From a plasmid: a DNA stretch of 64,000 nt. Positions 19,039 through 28,345 of the stretch are shown piece after piece (the first letter of the stretch is position 1; every line of letters begins with the position of its first letter). The notes beneath the pieces were generated by a model. The model saw nothing but the letters and a program-made list of their open reading frames with translations, did no database searches and was not told the origin of the DNA. The position numbers were made by a program, and so were the translations under genes. The stretch lies in the sequence record NZ_CP145666.1; one strand, written 5' to 3'.

Positions 19039-19499
19039 AAGATTGTAACGCTGAGAAATATAGCTATTCATGTCTTTTCGCAGCGGTATTTAGACCAGGT
19101 GAAATGCCTGTCATTTCCGCGTTCCGGGCGCGGTATTGGGCTCTAATCATTCGATGGGCATTGCGTTTCGGTTACACCGTTTGCCTGATTGGCAGCACTG
19201 GAACCGGAAAAAGTTACCTCATCGAAAGAACGCTACCAGGACGGATCATTGATGCCCGACTGTTACTGGTAAAGAATGATTGGCATGGCCCTGTGCCATT
19301 CAGTTTGCGCGGTGCAAAGCCCGGCCCAGTTGGCATTGATGAGTCGTCCAGCTTTTCAGAGGAAACGCTGCGTCAGAACGCGGAGAACCTGAAAGAAAGA
19401 GGGGTAGTGTATACAGCACAAAGCATTGATAAAGCAGCTAAAGTTGCAGCCAACCTGCCAAACAGGCGTGTGTTGCTTATCATGATTGGAAAAACGTAG
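19035..19499 (+). CDS. small P-loop NTPase (154 aa)
   Basis: Walker A GSTGTGKS; Walker B-like VGIDESS. Confidence 0.5.
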   Translation: MKDCNAEKYSYSCLFAAVFRPGEMPVISAFRARYWALIIRWALRFGYTVCLIGSTGTGKSYLIERTLPGRIIDARLLLVKNDWHGPVPFSLRGAKPGPVGIDESSSFSEETLRQNAENLKERGVVYTAQSIDKAAKVAANLPNRRVLLIMIGKT

Positions 19500-19597
19500 C
19501 CTCTGCGGTCTAGGCCATCTGACCTGCTGAACTGACGCAGTAGACTCTCTCGGAGGCAAACAAATTTGCTGGTGGGATAAAATGGGCGCATACTTAA

Positions 19598-19627
19598 AGC
19601 ACGTGTAATCGACACGTGCTTTTTTAT
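19598..19627 (+). terminator. rho-independent terminator
   Basis: AGCACGTG-TAATCGA-CACGTGCT stem-loop followed by T6. Confidence 0.6.
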
Positions 19628-19637
19628 TGGAGGACAC

Positions 19638-19877
19638 ATGCAGGCTACAGCTGCTCGCCAGAAAAAAACCGTCAGTGTCACCCTTGAGCCAATGCTCGTA
19701 CAGCAGGCAAAAGACGCTGGGATTAACTTGTCCGCCACGCTGGCAGAAGCGCTTCAGAGCAAACTGAAGGCCAGTGCAGCGGAAGAATGGAAACGACAGA
19801 ATCGTGCTGGTATTCAGGAGTTGAACCGCATCACTGAAGAGCATGGGTTACTGTCTGACGAATACAGGACGTTCTGA
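19638..19877 (+). CDS. ccdA: CcdA-family antitoxin
   Basis: 79 aa; similar to F-plasmid CcdA (RHH-type N-terminus, ..W...N....EL C-terminus); 2-nt gap before ccdB. Confidence 0.75.
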   Translation: MQATAARQKKTVSVTLEPMLVQQAKDAGINLSATLAEALQSKLKASAAEEWKRQNRAGIQELNRITEEHGLLSDEYRTF

Positions 19878-19879
19878 TA

Positions 19880-20188
19880 ATGCAATATACCGTTTACCGC
19901 AATCCCGGCAACAGCCAGGCATACCCTTACCTGCTGGATATACAGAGCGACATCATTGGCGAGTTAAATACCCGCCTGGTGATCCCCCTTCATCGGCTTA
20001 AAAAAGGAGCCTCGGCCCCGGTTGCGCGATTAACTCCGGTCATACAGGTGGAAGGGAATGACGTTATCCTGATGACGCATGAAATGGCTTCAGTCCGCGT
20101 GAAGCAGCTCGGTCAGGCGGTCATGGACGCATCTCCGTTCCGGCACACTATCAAAAGTGCGGTGGACTTCCTGCTGGATGGTTTCTGA
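19880..20188 (+). CDS. ccdB: CcdB-family gyrase-poison toxin
   Basis: Starts MQYTVYRN...; carries DIQSDII, VIPL and a C-terminus like F CcdB (MQFKVY...VDVQSDII...). Confidence 0.85.
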   Translation: MQYTVYRNPGNSQAYPYLLDIQSDIIGELNTRLVIPLHRLKKGASAPVARLTPVIQVEGNDVILMTHEMASVRVKQLGQAVMDASPFRHTIKSAVDFLLDGF

Positions 20189-20196
20189 CAGAGATA

Positions 20197-20367
20197 ATGA
20201 GCGAGAAAATGATGAAGCAAAATGAACTGCTGGAAGTGGCAAAAGCCATGCGCGATTATATTGATGCCCTCCCTACCGATGTCGTTGCAGCATTACCGGT
20301 GATGCCGGGATTTGATCGAGACTGGGCCGACGAAGTCATTTACGAAGCCGAATCCGCCAGCAAATAA
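20197..20367 (+). CDS. 56-aa acidic ORF downstream of ccdB
   Basis: Translated by hand (below the 60-aa track cut-off); weak RBS. Confidence 0.3.
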   Translation: MSEKMMKQNELLEVAKAMRDYIDALPTDVVAALPVMPGFDRDWADEVIYEAESASK

Positions 20368-20459
20368 CCCCCCGTCTGCGCCCGTTTCATCTGAATTCGG
20401 GCCGTCACAATCTTTCTGATTTTATTGAGAAAACAGCCTCTTTTTGTCCCCTTTTTTCC

Positions 20460-20467
20460 TTCGTCAG
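20460..20467 (+). promoter_or_regulatory. promoter-motif copy (TTCGTCAG)
   Basis: Upstream of the gene at 20522. Confidence 0.35.
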
Positions 20468-20521
20468 CAGACTCAGTCGTTCGATAATAAAAACAGACCA
20501 ACACAACCACTGAGGTGTTTC

Positions 20522-21076
20522 ATGTTAGCGATTATCCCGGCAGCAGGCACTGACAAGGTTTTTAAAACCTCCCTCAAACACGTGCTCGATGAGGACTTCC
20601 TGTTTGCAATGGCTTCAAAAGCAAGCGCGACGTACATTTCATCCCATATCAGCGATGACGGTGAGGGCACAGTGTTTTTCAGTCTGAGCGACTGGGATAA
20701 CCTCAAGCCTTCCTTATCGGCTGATGGCTGGGATGGCGATACGATGCCCGGCTTCATTGATTTGCTGGATGCAATCGCAGCGCAGGGCTATAACACCGTC
20801 GAATTCCACATTTCTCACCCACTGGTGGTTGGCGCGGTCTGGTTCACCGATGAGTATTACTTCACGGTTACCCCGCTGGCGTATGACCTTGCCACGCTGG
20901 ATGGTCAGTTTGTTCTGCCGGATGGCTCTTCCTACCGGCTGGATGACCTTGATGAAGTCAGCTATGACGAAATGACCGACTACTTTGACGGCATTATCGA
21001 AGTCGATGGCGATACCATGCTGGGTGTAAAGCGTAACGACGATGACACCGTAAACGTCAGCAAAATCGAAAGCTAA
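20522..21076 (+). CDS. hypothetical acidic protein (184 aa)
   Basis: In-frame ATG; the track ORF starts at 20444. Confidence 0.5.
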   Translation: MLAIIPAAGTDKVFKTSLKHVLDEDFLFAMASKASATYISSHISDDGEGTVFFSLSDWDNLKPSLSADGWDGDTMPGFIDLLDAIAAQGYNTVEFHISHPLVVGAVWFTDEYYFTVTPLAYDLATLDGQFVLPDGSSYRLDDLDEVSYDEMTDYFDGIIEVDGDTMLGVKRNDDDTVNVSKIES

Positions 21077-21145
21077 CCCCTCCTCCCCGGTGTCGGTATC
21101 CGCCGCGCCGGGCTATTTTCCTGCCATCATCCTCTGGAGTGTTTC

Positions 21146-21763
21146 ATGAAAGACCGTTTTTATCTGGTCAGCTTGCGTGACACCGTTGGTAGCAATACCG
21201 CTTTTCATAGCCATCACGGCAGAGGTTACAGCACCGATCAGCGTAATGCCCGGGTTTACACCCGCGAGGAAGCACAACGCGCATGGAATACGGGACGGGA
21301 GTTTGACCTGCCGGTTGATGCCGATGCAGTCGACCGCCATCTCGTGTTTCATGTTGATCATCAGTTTGTACCGGGAAAAACCATTCTCTCCGAAAGCGCC
21401 ACCAAATATGTCGGCTTCGTTAATGGCCAATGGGACGGAAACGATCTGTTCTGGCTGGCTGATGCGGGTACTACCACGGATTTTTCCCTTGCCAGAGTTT
21501 TTGACTCACCACAGGCAGATAGACCTGATGTCGTCTGGTTACCCCATCACATCCCTGACGCTGCAAAGCGCCCTACCTTCAGTGTTGAGCGGATAGACCG
21601 CCGTAAAATGACGCAGGGGGCCGGTCTGCTGATGCCTGCCTGGCTGAAACGCCAAAATCGCCGACAGTCAAAGGGGCTGACTCGCTGGAATTGCCCCGGG
21701 TGTGGCCGTATTTCATGGCAACAGAATCCGTATGATTTTGATGGTTGCCGGTTCTGCATATAG
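21146..21763 (+). CDS. hypothetical protein with C-terminal Zn ribbon (205 aa)
   Basis: CPGCG...CRFC at the C-terminus. Confidence 0.5.
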   Translation: MKDRFYLVSLRDTVGSNTAFHSHHGRGYSTDQRNARVYTREEAQRAWNTGREFDLPVDADAVDRHLVFHVDHQFVPGKTILSESATKYVGFVNGQWDGNDLFWLADAGTTTDFSLARVFDSPQADRPDVVWLPHHIPDAAKRPTFSVERIDRRKMTQGAGLLMPAWLKRQNRRQSKGLTRWNCPGCGRISWQQNPYDFDGCRFCI

Positions 21764-21785
21764 TCAACTACCGCGAGAGGCCTCT

Positions 21786-22316
21786 ATGTTCCGATTATTA
21801 CAGAAGTGGTTAGTCAGGTTTACCTGTCAGGACGATATAGATTGTATGTCGACCCGGCGCTCTGCGGGCGAGTTCTGGCTGGAAATAGATGCCCGTCGTC
21901 ACTGGATTTTCCTGGACATCGACGGTGTACTCCACCGGGCGGAAAACGGGTCACTGGAGTTTATGCCTGTGCTGGATCACGTGCTGACGCAATGCCCGCA
22001 GACGGGAATTATCCTTTCCACAAACTGGCGTACCGGCGTACCCCGGGAGATGGTGCTGAGTCATTTCCCTGCGGGTATACGCGATCGGATTGCTGGACTC
22101 AATCCCGATCTGGATGGGCTGGTGAATAACCACGTGCGTTATCACGAATGCATGGCGGTCGTTAAACGGTTCGGCCTACAGCATTACACCTTCGTGGACG
22201 ATACCGCTCGACTCTTTCCAACTGACTGCCCTGCCCTGTTCCTGACTCACCGGCACGAGGGGCTGAATGCAACGCAGGGTAGCGCTTTGATAGACCGGAT
22301 TCGGTTAATGAAATGA
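21786..22316 (+). CDS. HAD-superfamily phosphatase-like protein
   Basis: HAD motif I, FLDIDGVLH. Confidence 0.5.
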   Translation: MFRLLQKWLVRFTCQDDIDCMSTRRSAGEFWLEIDARRHWIFLDIDGVLHRAENGSLEFMPVLDHVLTQCPQTGIILSTNWRTGVPREMVLSHFPAGIRDRIAGLNPDLDGLVNNHVRYHECMAVVKRFGLQHYTFVDDTARLFPTDCPALFLTHRHEGLNATQGSALIDRIRLMK

Positions 22317-22617
22317 CCGGTTTAAGGCTGAATACAAATTATTAATGAGGATGCGTTATGAATGAAATCCCACAATACGTCTATGACCTGATCGGTATTT
22401 GCCTCTTTGTTGGAATGTGGGTCGGAGGCGTTCTGCTTATTTGGTTTATTTTCTCTAATGGAGAGAGCGACGAATAGCCAGGCAACTGGCGCAACTGATG
22501 TTGCAGGATGGCCCCAACAATATCTTACCTGCTTACGCTCTGATTACCCGCGCAACGCTTCGTCAGAAGCGGAAAGCTGGGATAATGAATATATCCCGTA
22601 TACACCAGGCTATCCCA

Positions 22618-22905
22618 ATGAAAATTACTGTGTTTACTGCCCCTGATTGTCCGAAATGTCGCATGACGCTTACCCGCTTTTCTCTGGCTGGGGTGGACGT
22701 GAATGAGATCCCGCTGGTGGACAACGCAGATCTCGTTCGCCTGACACAAAATACCGGTGCGCCGCTGGTGGTGGTGGTCAACGATTCGGGCCGTGTGACG
22801 GGTTGGGGTGGGTTCCGGCCAGATCTTATTGCGACAACTGCCAATGGCTGGAGTGTCGGGTCACTCGATATCCCCCCGTCGCTGGTTAATCACGTCCTTC
22901 ACTGA
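22618..22905 (+). CDS. nrdH: NrdH-like glutaredoxin
   Basis: MKITVFTAPDCPKC active site and a GGFRPD motif (NrdH has SGFRPD). Confidence 0.75.
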   Translation: MKITVFTAPDCPKCRMTLTRFSLAGVDVNEIPLVDNADLVRLTQNTGAPLVVVVNDSGRVTGWGGFRPDLIATTANGWSVGSLDIPPSLVNHVLH

Positions 22906-22915
22906 GGTAAACGCC

Positions 22916-23314
22916 ATGCACAATATCTCTGTCGAAATCCCTGCGGCCCTCGGCGTACATCCTCCTTCAGGAGCGGATGTCGTGCTTATAGACGATCTGA
23001 ATAACGCCCTCGCCGGTGCTGGCTTACCGCAACTGAAGATAGAGCCGATAACGTGGACACCGCCATCAGGCCGACCGGTGATCTACCGGTCTGAGGTTCC
23101 CGATATCCTGCGCATTGCAGGTATAAACCCTGACACCTCTGACATGGTGAAAACCTTCTGTTCCGGGCCACTGCCGATTGACGATAACGAGCTGGATGCC
23201 CTTCTGGAGATGCGCGAACGGGACGGTCATAGCGAAAGCTTCAGGATCGCGCTCTGTGGGGCGCTGGACGCGATTCTCATTCGACTCTACTCAGCAGAGC
23301 GTCAGCTTCGTTGA
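22916..23314 (+). CDS. hypothetical protein (132 aa)
   Basis: GAGGT RBS; in-frame ATG inside the track ORF. Confidence 0.5.
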   Translation: MHNISVEIPAALGVHPPSGADVVLIDDLNNALAGAGLPQLKIEPITWTPPSGRPVIYRSEVPDILRIAGINPDTSDMVKTFCSGPLPIDDNELDALLEMRERDGHSESFRIALCGALDAILIRLYSAERQLR

Positions 23315-23397
23315 AACGCCAGTAAAGACGCTGGTGGCCTCATATGAGGTATCAATCGGCTCGGTTCCGTCTCAATAATTTAAAGAGAGCACGGTAT

Positions 23398-23724
23398 ATG
23401 AGTCCTGAAGAAGAAAAAGTGCTGCATCAGCGGCTGATACAGCTTGGCGATATGATGGGGGATGGCCTGCACTATGAGCGCGACGGTCAATGGATCACCC
23501 GGGAGTACAAAGCCACGTTGCGGGCGCTGGGGCTTTTGAAGGCTCCCAAGCGTAAGCATAACCCGACCAAAACACTCGCTGTGGATGAGCGAATGGCACA
23601 ACGTGTGAAGGACGTAGCCTGTACCCAGTGCGCCGGGAAACTGAAACAGGTGCGCTCCGGGTCTCTGAAAGCGCAATGCACCCGGTGCAAAACCAAGTTC
23701 ACCCTCCTGAAAACCATTAAGTAA
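23398..23724 (+). CDS. Zn-ribbon protein (108 aa)
   Basis: CTQCAG...CTRCKTKF. Confidence 0.45.
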   Translation: MSPEEEKVLHQRLIQLGDMMGDGLHYERDGQWITREYKATLRALGLLKAPKRKHNPTKTLAVDERMAQRVKDVACTQCAGKLKQVRSGSLKAQCTRCKTKFTLLKTIK

Positions 23725-24029
23725 CTATACCCGCAGCTGGTGGTCACCCCACCAGCATAAAATATACCCGAAACTGTGACACCTGCGCTTGCCTGCCTCA
23801 ATGTCGTGATAGCTGACAACCCCCACGAAGAAAACAAACCTCACACCTGCGATCGTCGTGATGCAACGATTTTGTCGAGCCAATTATATGAAGAGACTGT
23901 TATGAAAGACTTCCATTTCCTGTATGTCGAACTCCTGGTCGAATTGCTTCGACTGGTCAATTTTCTTCTGCCGTTGTGGTTTGGTAGTTGAAAATAGCAG
24001 GTAATACCCGGGCAAGACCTTCCCGTTTT

Positions 24030-24058
24030 TTTAAAATAAAAGGGCGCACATAGCGCCC
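24030..24058 (-). terminator. rho-independent terminator for the minus-strand gene
   Basis: GGGCGC-ACATA-GCGCCC stem-loop with a T-run on the minus strand. Confidence 0.5.
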
Positions 24059-24086
24059 TGTCAGAAAGGTATTTTGAAGCAGCAGA

Positions 24087-24425
24087 CTACTTACGAAACT
24101 CCCATTGTTTAATCAGCTTTTTGACAAACGTCTCGCCATAGATCTCATGTGACTCCATGTATGCACAAAGCTGTATCAGGGTCATCATGCCATCGCGAAG
24201 GGTATCGCATGACTCGTTACGGCAATAGGCCGTGAGTTTGTACATATTCGCCCCGCAAACGTCCGGGTTGTAGAGATTAACAATCAGGCTTGCCGCGAAT
24301 TTCTTTCTCTCTGCGATAGCGCCCAGATAAGCCAGCTCCCTTTTCAGGTCTTCCGGGATAGGTGTGACAGCACACGCTCGCGGGTTCAGGTTTATCTGGA
24401 TATGGTCAAAGTCGAGTTCCTGCAT
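24087..24425 (-). CDS. hypothetical protein (112 aa)
   Basis: Minus-strand ORF with RBS and terminator. Confidence 0.45.
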   Translation of the reverse strand: MQELDFDHIQINLNPRACAVTPIPEDLKRELAYLGAIAERKKFAASLIVNLYNPDVCGANMYKLTAYCRNESCDTLRDGMMTLIQLCAYMESHEIYGETFVKKLIKQWEFRK

Positions 24426-24600
24426 TGTCCTGGTTCCTTCTGCTGATATTCGGTATCCGTCTGCCGGGCCACACGATTCTGCATGTAATGCCCTTCATAT
24501 CACCATTGTACCGGATACCTGCAATTTGCCCCGTAACTACCGGTGCTGATGATAAAAAATATCTTTATTTTGCGAACGATATACACCAGTCCGTCCTGAT

Positions 24601-24611
24601 TTCGTCAGCTG
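24601..24611 (+). promoter_or_regulatory. promoter-motif copy (TTCGTCAGCTG)
   Basis: Upstream of the gene at 24663. Confidence 0.35.
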
Positions 24612-24662
24612 AATTGTGCCGGGTAAGCTGGTTGCCATGTGAGTGACCTAATGGAGAACACC

Positions 24663-25106
24663 ATGCAGCACACTGCAACCACACACCCGCAACCGGCTAA
24701 CACCGTGAGTATCGTCAGTACGACCTACGGTCAGACGCTGGTGGTACTGAACGGGAAATGTCTCTACTGCGCACCACCAGAGCGAGGAGACGAAGCCCGG
24801 CAGCTGGCATCAACCACTGCCGGGGCACTCAACGTGCCGGTCGATGTCGTCCACCTCGATACATTTGCTACCGATACAACCGAAAGCCAGCTGATGGCCC
24901 GCTTTGAAAACCAGAATGCCGGGCCGTGGTATAGCCATGCGTTTACCATCGCGTTCAGTGTTGAATACCCGGCGAAGAGTAGCGATGACATTCCACCAGC
25001 GGAATTACACCGTGCATTGATGAAGCGGGCCAGAGAGTTTACCGGTGATCTGGATGCGCTGGTGGAAGCCTGCGGGGCATCTTATGACAGTTATCAGATG
25101 GGGTAA
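24663..25106 (+). CDS. hypothetical protein (147 aa)
   Basis: ATG with GGAGA RBS; the track start at 24639 is a GTG. Confidence 0.5.
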   Translation: MQHTATTHPQPANTVSIVSTTYGQTLVVLNGKCLYCAPPERGDEARQLASTTAGALNVPVDVVHLDTFATDTTESQLMARFENQNAGPWYSHAFTIAFSVEYPAKSSDDIPPAELHRALMKRAREFTGDLDALVEACGASYDSYQMG

Positions 25107-25224
25107 CTCCTGCTGGAAATGACCGCATTCTGCTGGCGTTTTCAATGAGATATCGCCAGCCGCTTTGGTAGAGTTTTCCAGATAGCAAGCGAACATCATA
25201 GCCAGTGGCAAGAGGTAAACCTAT

Positions 25225-25566
25225 ATGAATTCTGTCTGTCTTGATTACGAGAAAGTGGATTTTCTGGCGAATCTCCTGATCCCCACCCTCGCCAGACACC
25301 CCATCAGTAACAGTTTCCCGGAGCGCGGCCTCGCACTTAAGGAAAAGCACCCTGAGCTGGTGGGCTGGCCCGAGCGCAAACTGGGTGAAGTGGAAAATTA
25401 CCAGAATGCACTGTCCAGACAGCTACCGAGCCTGAACAGCATGTCCTTGCCGGAGTTTATCGACTTCATTCTCACCCCGCATGTCGCGGAGTATGTTCTT
25501 GAGCAGGTTGGCACTCCGCTTGCTGAAGAAACCATGCAGCTGTTTATGGCGAAAGTGAAGGCATAA
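25225..25566 (+). CDS. hypothetical protein (113 aa)
   Basis: AGAGGT RBS; terminator downstream. Confidence 0.5.
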   Translation: MNSVCLDYEKVDFLANLLIPTLARHPISNSFPERGLALKEKHPELVGWPERKLGEVENYQNALSRQLPSLNSMSLPEFIDFILTPHVAEYVLEQVGTPLAEETMQLFMAKVKA

Positions 25567-25598
25567 CGCGGTTTTCAGCCCCATATACTCCAGATCAT

Positions 25599-25627
25599 AA
25601 CCGGCCTTAATGGTCGGTTTTTTTTGT
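25599..25627 (+). terminator. rho-independent terminator
   Basis: AACCGGCC-TTAAT-GGTCGGTT stem-loop followed by T7. Confidence 0.6.
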
Positions 25628-25648
25628 GAATTTTCTGCCCCGAAAGCC

Positions 25649-25697
25649 TTCGTCACCTGCGGGGAGCGTGGTTAACTGGTTATGTAAACAAAACGAA
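25649..25697 (+). promoter_or_regulatory. conserved promoter/leader motif, full copy
   Basis: TTCGTCACCTG ... TATGTAAACAAAACGAA. Confidence 0.55.
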
Positions 25698-25724
25698 CAA
25701 CACACATAACTACAGGGGTCTACC

Positions 25725-26279
25725 ATGTTAAATCCAGCTATCTGCGCCATGTTCATGTTTCAGGGCTTCCAGCATGAAGTCTCCCGTCTGACCGCATTAT
25801 CAGTGGCTAATCCTATCCCCCTCACCTTCAACTGTGACAGCATACAGACAATGATCTGTGAAACGCTGGCTGGTGGCGAAATTGAATGTGCTCACTGGAT
25901 GTTGGATGCCGCAGAGCAGATCTGTAAAGCCTGCGAACCTGCGTATCAGGCATCTGAAGAACCGGGAGTCTGGTACTACGACATTGCTGAACGTCTGGGC
26001 GCTGAAGTGGCCTGCCGTTGCGTAAAAGGTGATATCAGCACTGACCAATTGGTCGCTGTTGCAGTTAACCTCACTGAGTCATGGAACACGCTGAGCGAAG
26101 ACAGCAATCAGGAGCCTGATTGCGGATCATATGAAAATACCGTCAGGACGTTGGTAGAACGTGCTGATACAGCAGAAGCGGCTTGCGTAGAAGCAGTCAG
26201 AATCCTTGATGGTGGTGAGCGGCAGGCGTTATCAAAGGCGATAGCAATTCTTCGCCCTGTGGCCGCAACGTTGCAGTAG
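25725..26279 (+). CDS. hypothetical Cys-rich acidic protein (184 aa)
   Basis: ORF downstream of a motif copy. Confidence 0.5.
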   Translation: MLNPAICAMFMFQGFQHEVSRLTALSVANPIPLTFNCDSIQTMICETLAGGEIECAHWMLDAAEQICKACEPAYQASEEPGVWYYDIAERLGAEVACRCVKGDISTDQLVAVAVNLTESWNTLSEDSNQEPDCGSYENTVRTLVERADTAEAACVEAVRILDGGERQALSKAIAILRPVAATLQ

Positions 26280-26322
26280 ATAGTGGCAGAACACCAATAC
26301 ACACAACACTCACTACAGGAAA

Positions 26323-26595
26323 ATGACCATGAAACTCACCGTATCGACTCGCCCGGTAAGAATTGAAGGGAATTATGTCTCTGTCGTCTTTAATCGTTCC
26401 CATAACTCCATGCCGGAAACAGCAGAGGTTAAAAATGCCGATCAGGCGCGGGCATTCATCAACGATTACATCGCCCGTAATATCAACGAAACGCCGATGC
26501 ATCTGGTGCTGACAAAAGAGGGCCGGGCATTTGGCGGGTTCGACGCGCTGAATAGTAGCCTTCCGCCCGCGATTGAATCATCAACCCGTTTGTAA
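26323..26595 (+). CDS. hypothetical protein (90 aa)
   Basis: CAGGAAAA RBS. Confidence 0.5.
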   Translation: MTMKLTVSTRPVRIEGNYVSVVFNRSHNSMPETAEVKNADQARAFINDYIARNINETPMHLVLTKEGRAFGGFDALNSSLPPAIESSTRL

Positions 26596-26662
26596 TGACT
26601 GACTGGTGGCGCTCAGTGAGGAGCGTCACCCGGCATCACGGAGGGAGTTGCAAGAGTTCTGA

Positions 26663-26893
26663 TTAGCCTTTCCTGACCCACGCCCAAAGCATCGCACCCG
26701 CCAACACCGTCAGCATCAGAGCAAACACGGAACCAACCAGACTCGCATCGCCATTCTTGCCGGAGTAACCGCAGGTTTGAGATGCGTCACCAACTGCCTG
26801 ACAAATTGAATCGGGATCAAGTCCCCAGTAGACAAAGGCGAACAAGGCAATTACAGAGATAAACGCTTTAGCGACTTTCGCTTTCTGAATCAT
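26663..26893 (-). CDS. small Cys-containing membrane protein (76 aa)
   Basis: GAGGTG RBS on the minus strand; two hydrophobic segments. Confidence 0.45.
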   Translation of the reverse strand: MIQKAKVAKAFISVIALFAFVYWGLDPDSICQAVGDASQTCGYSGKNGDASLVGSVFALMLTVLAGAMLWAWVRKG

Positions 26894-26936
26894 CAGAGAC
26901 ACCTCAGTTCGTCAATGCCGGGGAGTTGCCTGTGTG

Positions 26937-27395
26937 TTATTTCAGGCGGGAATCAAACCGGAACGGAATTTTCTTAACCGTAGCCATCAGGTCAAAGAGT
27001 TCAGGGTGTGCCGGATTCAGCAAGTAGTTAAATTCAACCGGAGACAACGCACTTGGAATACGCAGCGCGATAGAAGAACCGCTTTCAGCCCAGTTATCAC
27101 CGTAGAGCGCCAGCTCAGCAGGAGCATCCTCACTCGCCCAGTTATCAGGGAGACGGCTCATGTCGAAGGTCTGGATCTGATCATCCGGTACATCAAGACT
27201 CAGCAGTGTAAAGTCGTCCAGTAACTGCGGCGCGTGAATGTGTACCAGCGTTTCAAGCATGGTAAGGCTGGCCGTTTCAGACAGGTAGACCATTGCAGTG
27301 CCTACGCTGTTCCAGCGGCCCCCCGCTTCTTTCGCACCCAGACCAGACCACGCAGTCATCAGATAACGGGTCTTGGTCAGTCGGTAAAGGATCAC
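26937..27395 (-). CDS. RES-domain toxin
   Basis: LYRLTKTRY...GGRWN...YLSET..LEV pattern typical of RES-domain toxins; overlaps the upstream antitoxin stop by 4 nt. Confidence 0.75.
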   Translation of the reverse strand: MILYRLTKTRYLMTAWSGLGAKEAGGRWNSVGTAMVYLSETASLTMLETLVHIHAPQLLDDFTLLSLDVPDDQIQTFDMSRLPDNWASEDAPAELALYGDNWAESGSSIALRIPSALSPVEFNYLLNPAHPELFDLMATVKKIPFRFDSRLK

Positions 27396-27838
27396 GAGTA
27401 TACCCCGTGCTCAATACGCGTAATCAGGCGCATCACTTCAAGCGCACCTGTCTCAGAAGAAACAAGCTCTGCCGGTGATTTCCAGCTCAGACCACGGTTC
27501 GCTTCGTTCAGCCATTTGTGCGCCGCTTCTTTGTCACCTTCAAACAGCTCTACAGCGCGTTCAATTACGCGGATAATGCGCACCAGACGTTCGCTCTGAT
27601 CGGCAGTGAAACGGTCTTTGATGCTACGATTAAACGTCGTATTAGGTATACCCGACATTTTGCGCAGCTCAGACGGCGTGATGTTAGCCCATTCAGAAAT
27701 GTGCTTAGCTACTGTGCCATCGAGACCGTGATTGATTTTATCCATCAGCGCGATACCGTCATTATCCAGCCCAGCAACCTGCCATAAGCAGTGCTGATTC
27801 GTTTTGGTAACGTCTGGAGAAAAAACTTTCATCGTCAT
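27392..27838 (-). CDS. Xre-like (DUF2384-type) antitoxin partner of the RES toxin
   Basis: GGGAGGG RBS before MTMKVF; the C-terminal region resembles the antitoxin of RES-Xre pairs. Confidence 0.65.
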   Translation of the reverse strand: MTMKVFSPDVTKTNQHCLWQVAGLDNDGIALMDKINHGLDGTVAKHISEWANITPSELRKMSGIPNTTFNRSIKDRFTADQSERLVRIIRVIERAVELFEGDKEAAHKWLNEANRGLSWKSPAELVSSETGALEVMRLITRIEHGVYS

Positions 27839-27922
27839 AACTAGCCCTCCCATTTGGTAATTCAATTATACCATATGGAACACTAACGGCAATCTTTTAA
27901 CCATCAGACAACCTCAGCGCCC

Positions 27923-27930
27923 TTCGTCAC
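27923..27930 (+). promoter_or_regulatory. promoter-motif copy (TTCGTCAC)
   Basis: Upstream of the gene at 27987. Confidence 0.35.
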
Positions 27931-27986
27931 CAGCCCCACCTGCCAGATAATAGGTCAATAACGACAAAACTATGACAGGGGGCATC

Positions 27987-28304
27987 ATGCCGAATCTCTT
28001 ACGTTATGACCAACTGGACTCCTCACGTCAGCCAGCAGCGCGGGCATCAGCCGCTAGTGGCGAATTATGGTGTGCCCGCAACAACGTAAAAAAGCAGGCG
28101 GCAGCGTCAAAGGCCGCAATTCACCAGGCAATCAATGATCAGCACCGCATTACCCGGCTGCGAAACACCTTTTCGCTCGCGAAGGATATGCGTGAAAAGC
28201 CGGTCGTCTGGATTGAAAAGCGCATCCTCGAAAATCTGTGCATGTTCAATGAGCAGGGCGATATGTACCTGTTCACGCAGCAGAACTTTGTCAGCAAACT
28301 CTGA
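27987..28304 (+). CDS. hypothetical protein (105 aa)
   Basis: AGGGGG RBS. Confidence 0.5.
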   Translation: MPNLLRYDQLDSSRQPAARASAASGELWCARNNVKKQAAASKAAIHQAINDQHRITRLRNTFSLAKDMREKPVVWIEKRILENLCMFNEQGDMYLFTQQNFVSKL

Positions 28305-28345
28305 ACCTCCGGCCCGGCTCGTCGGGCCATTAAAAGGAAACCGAT

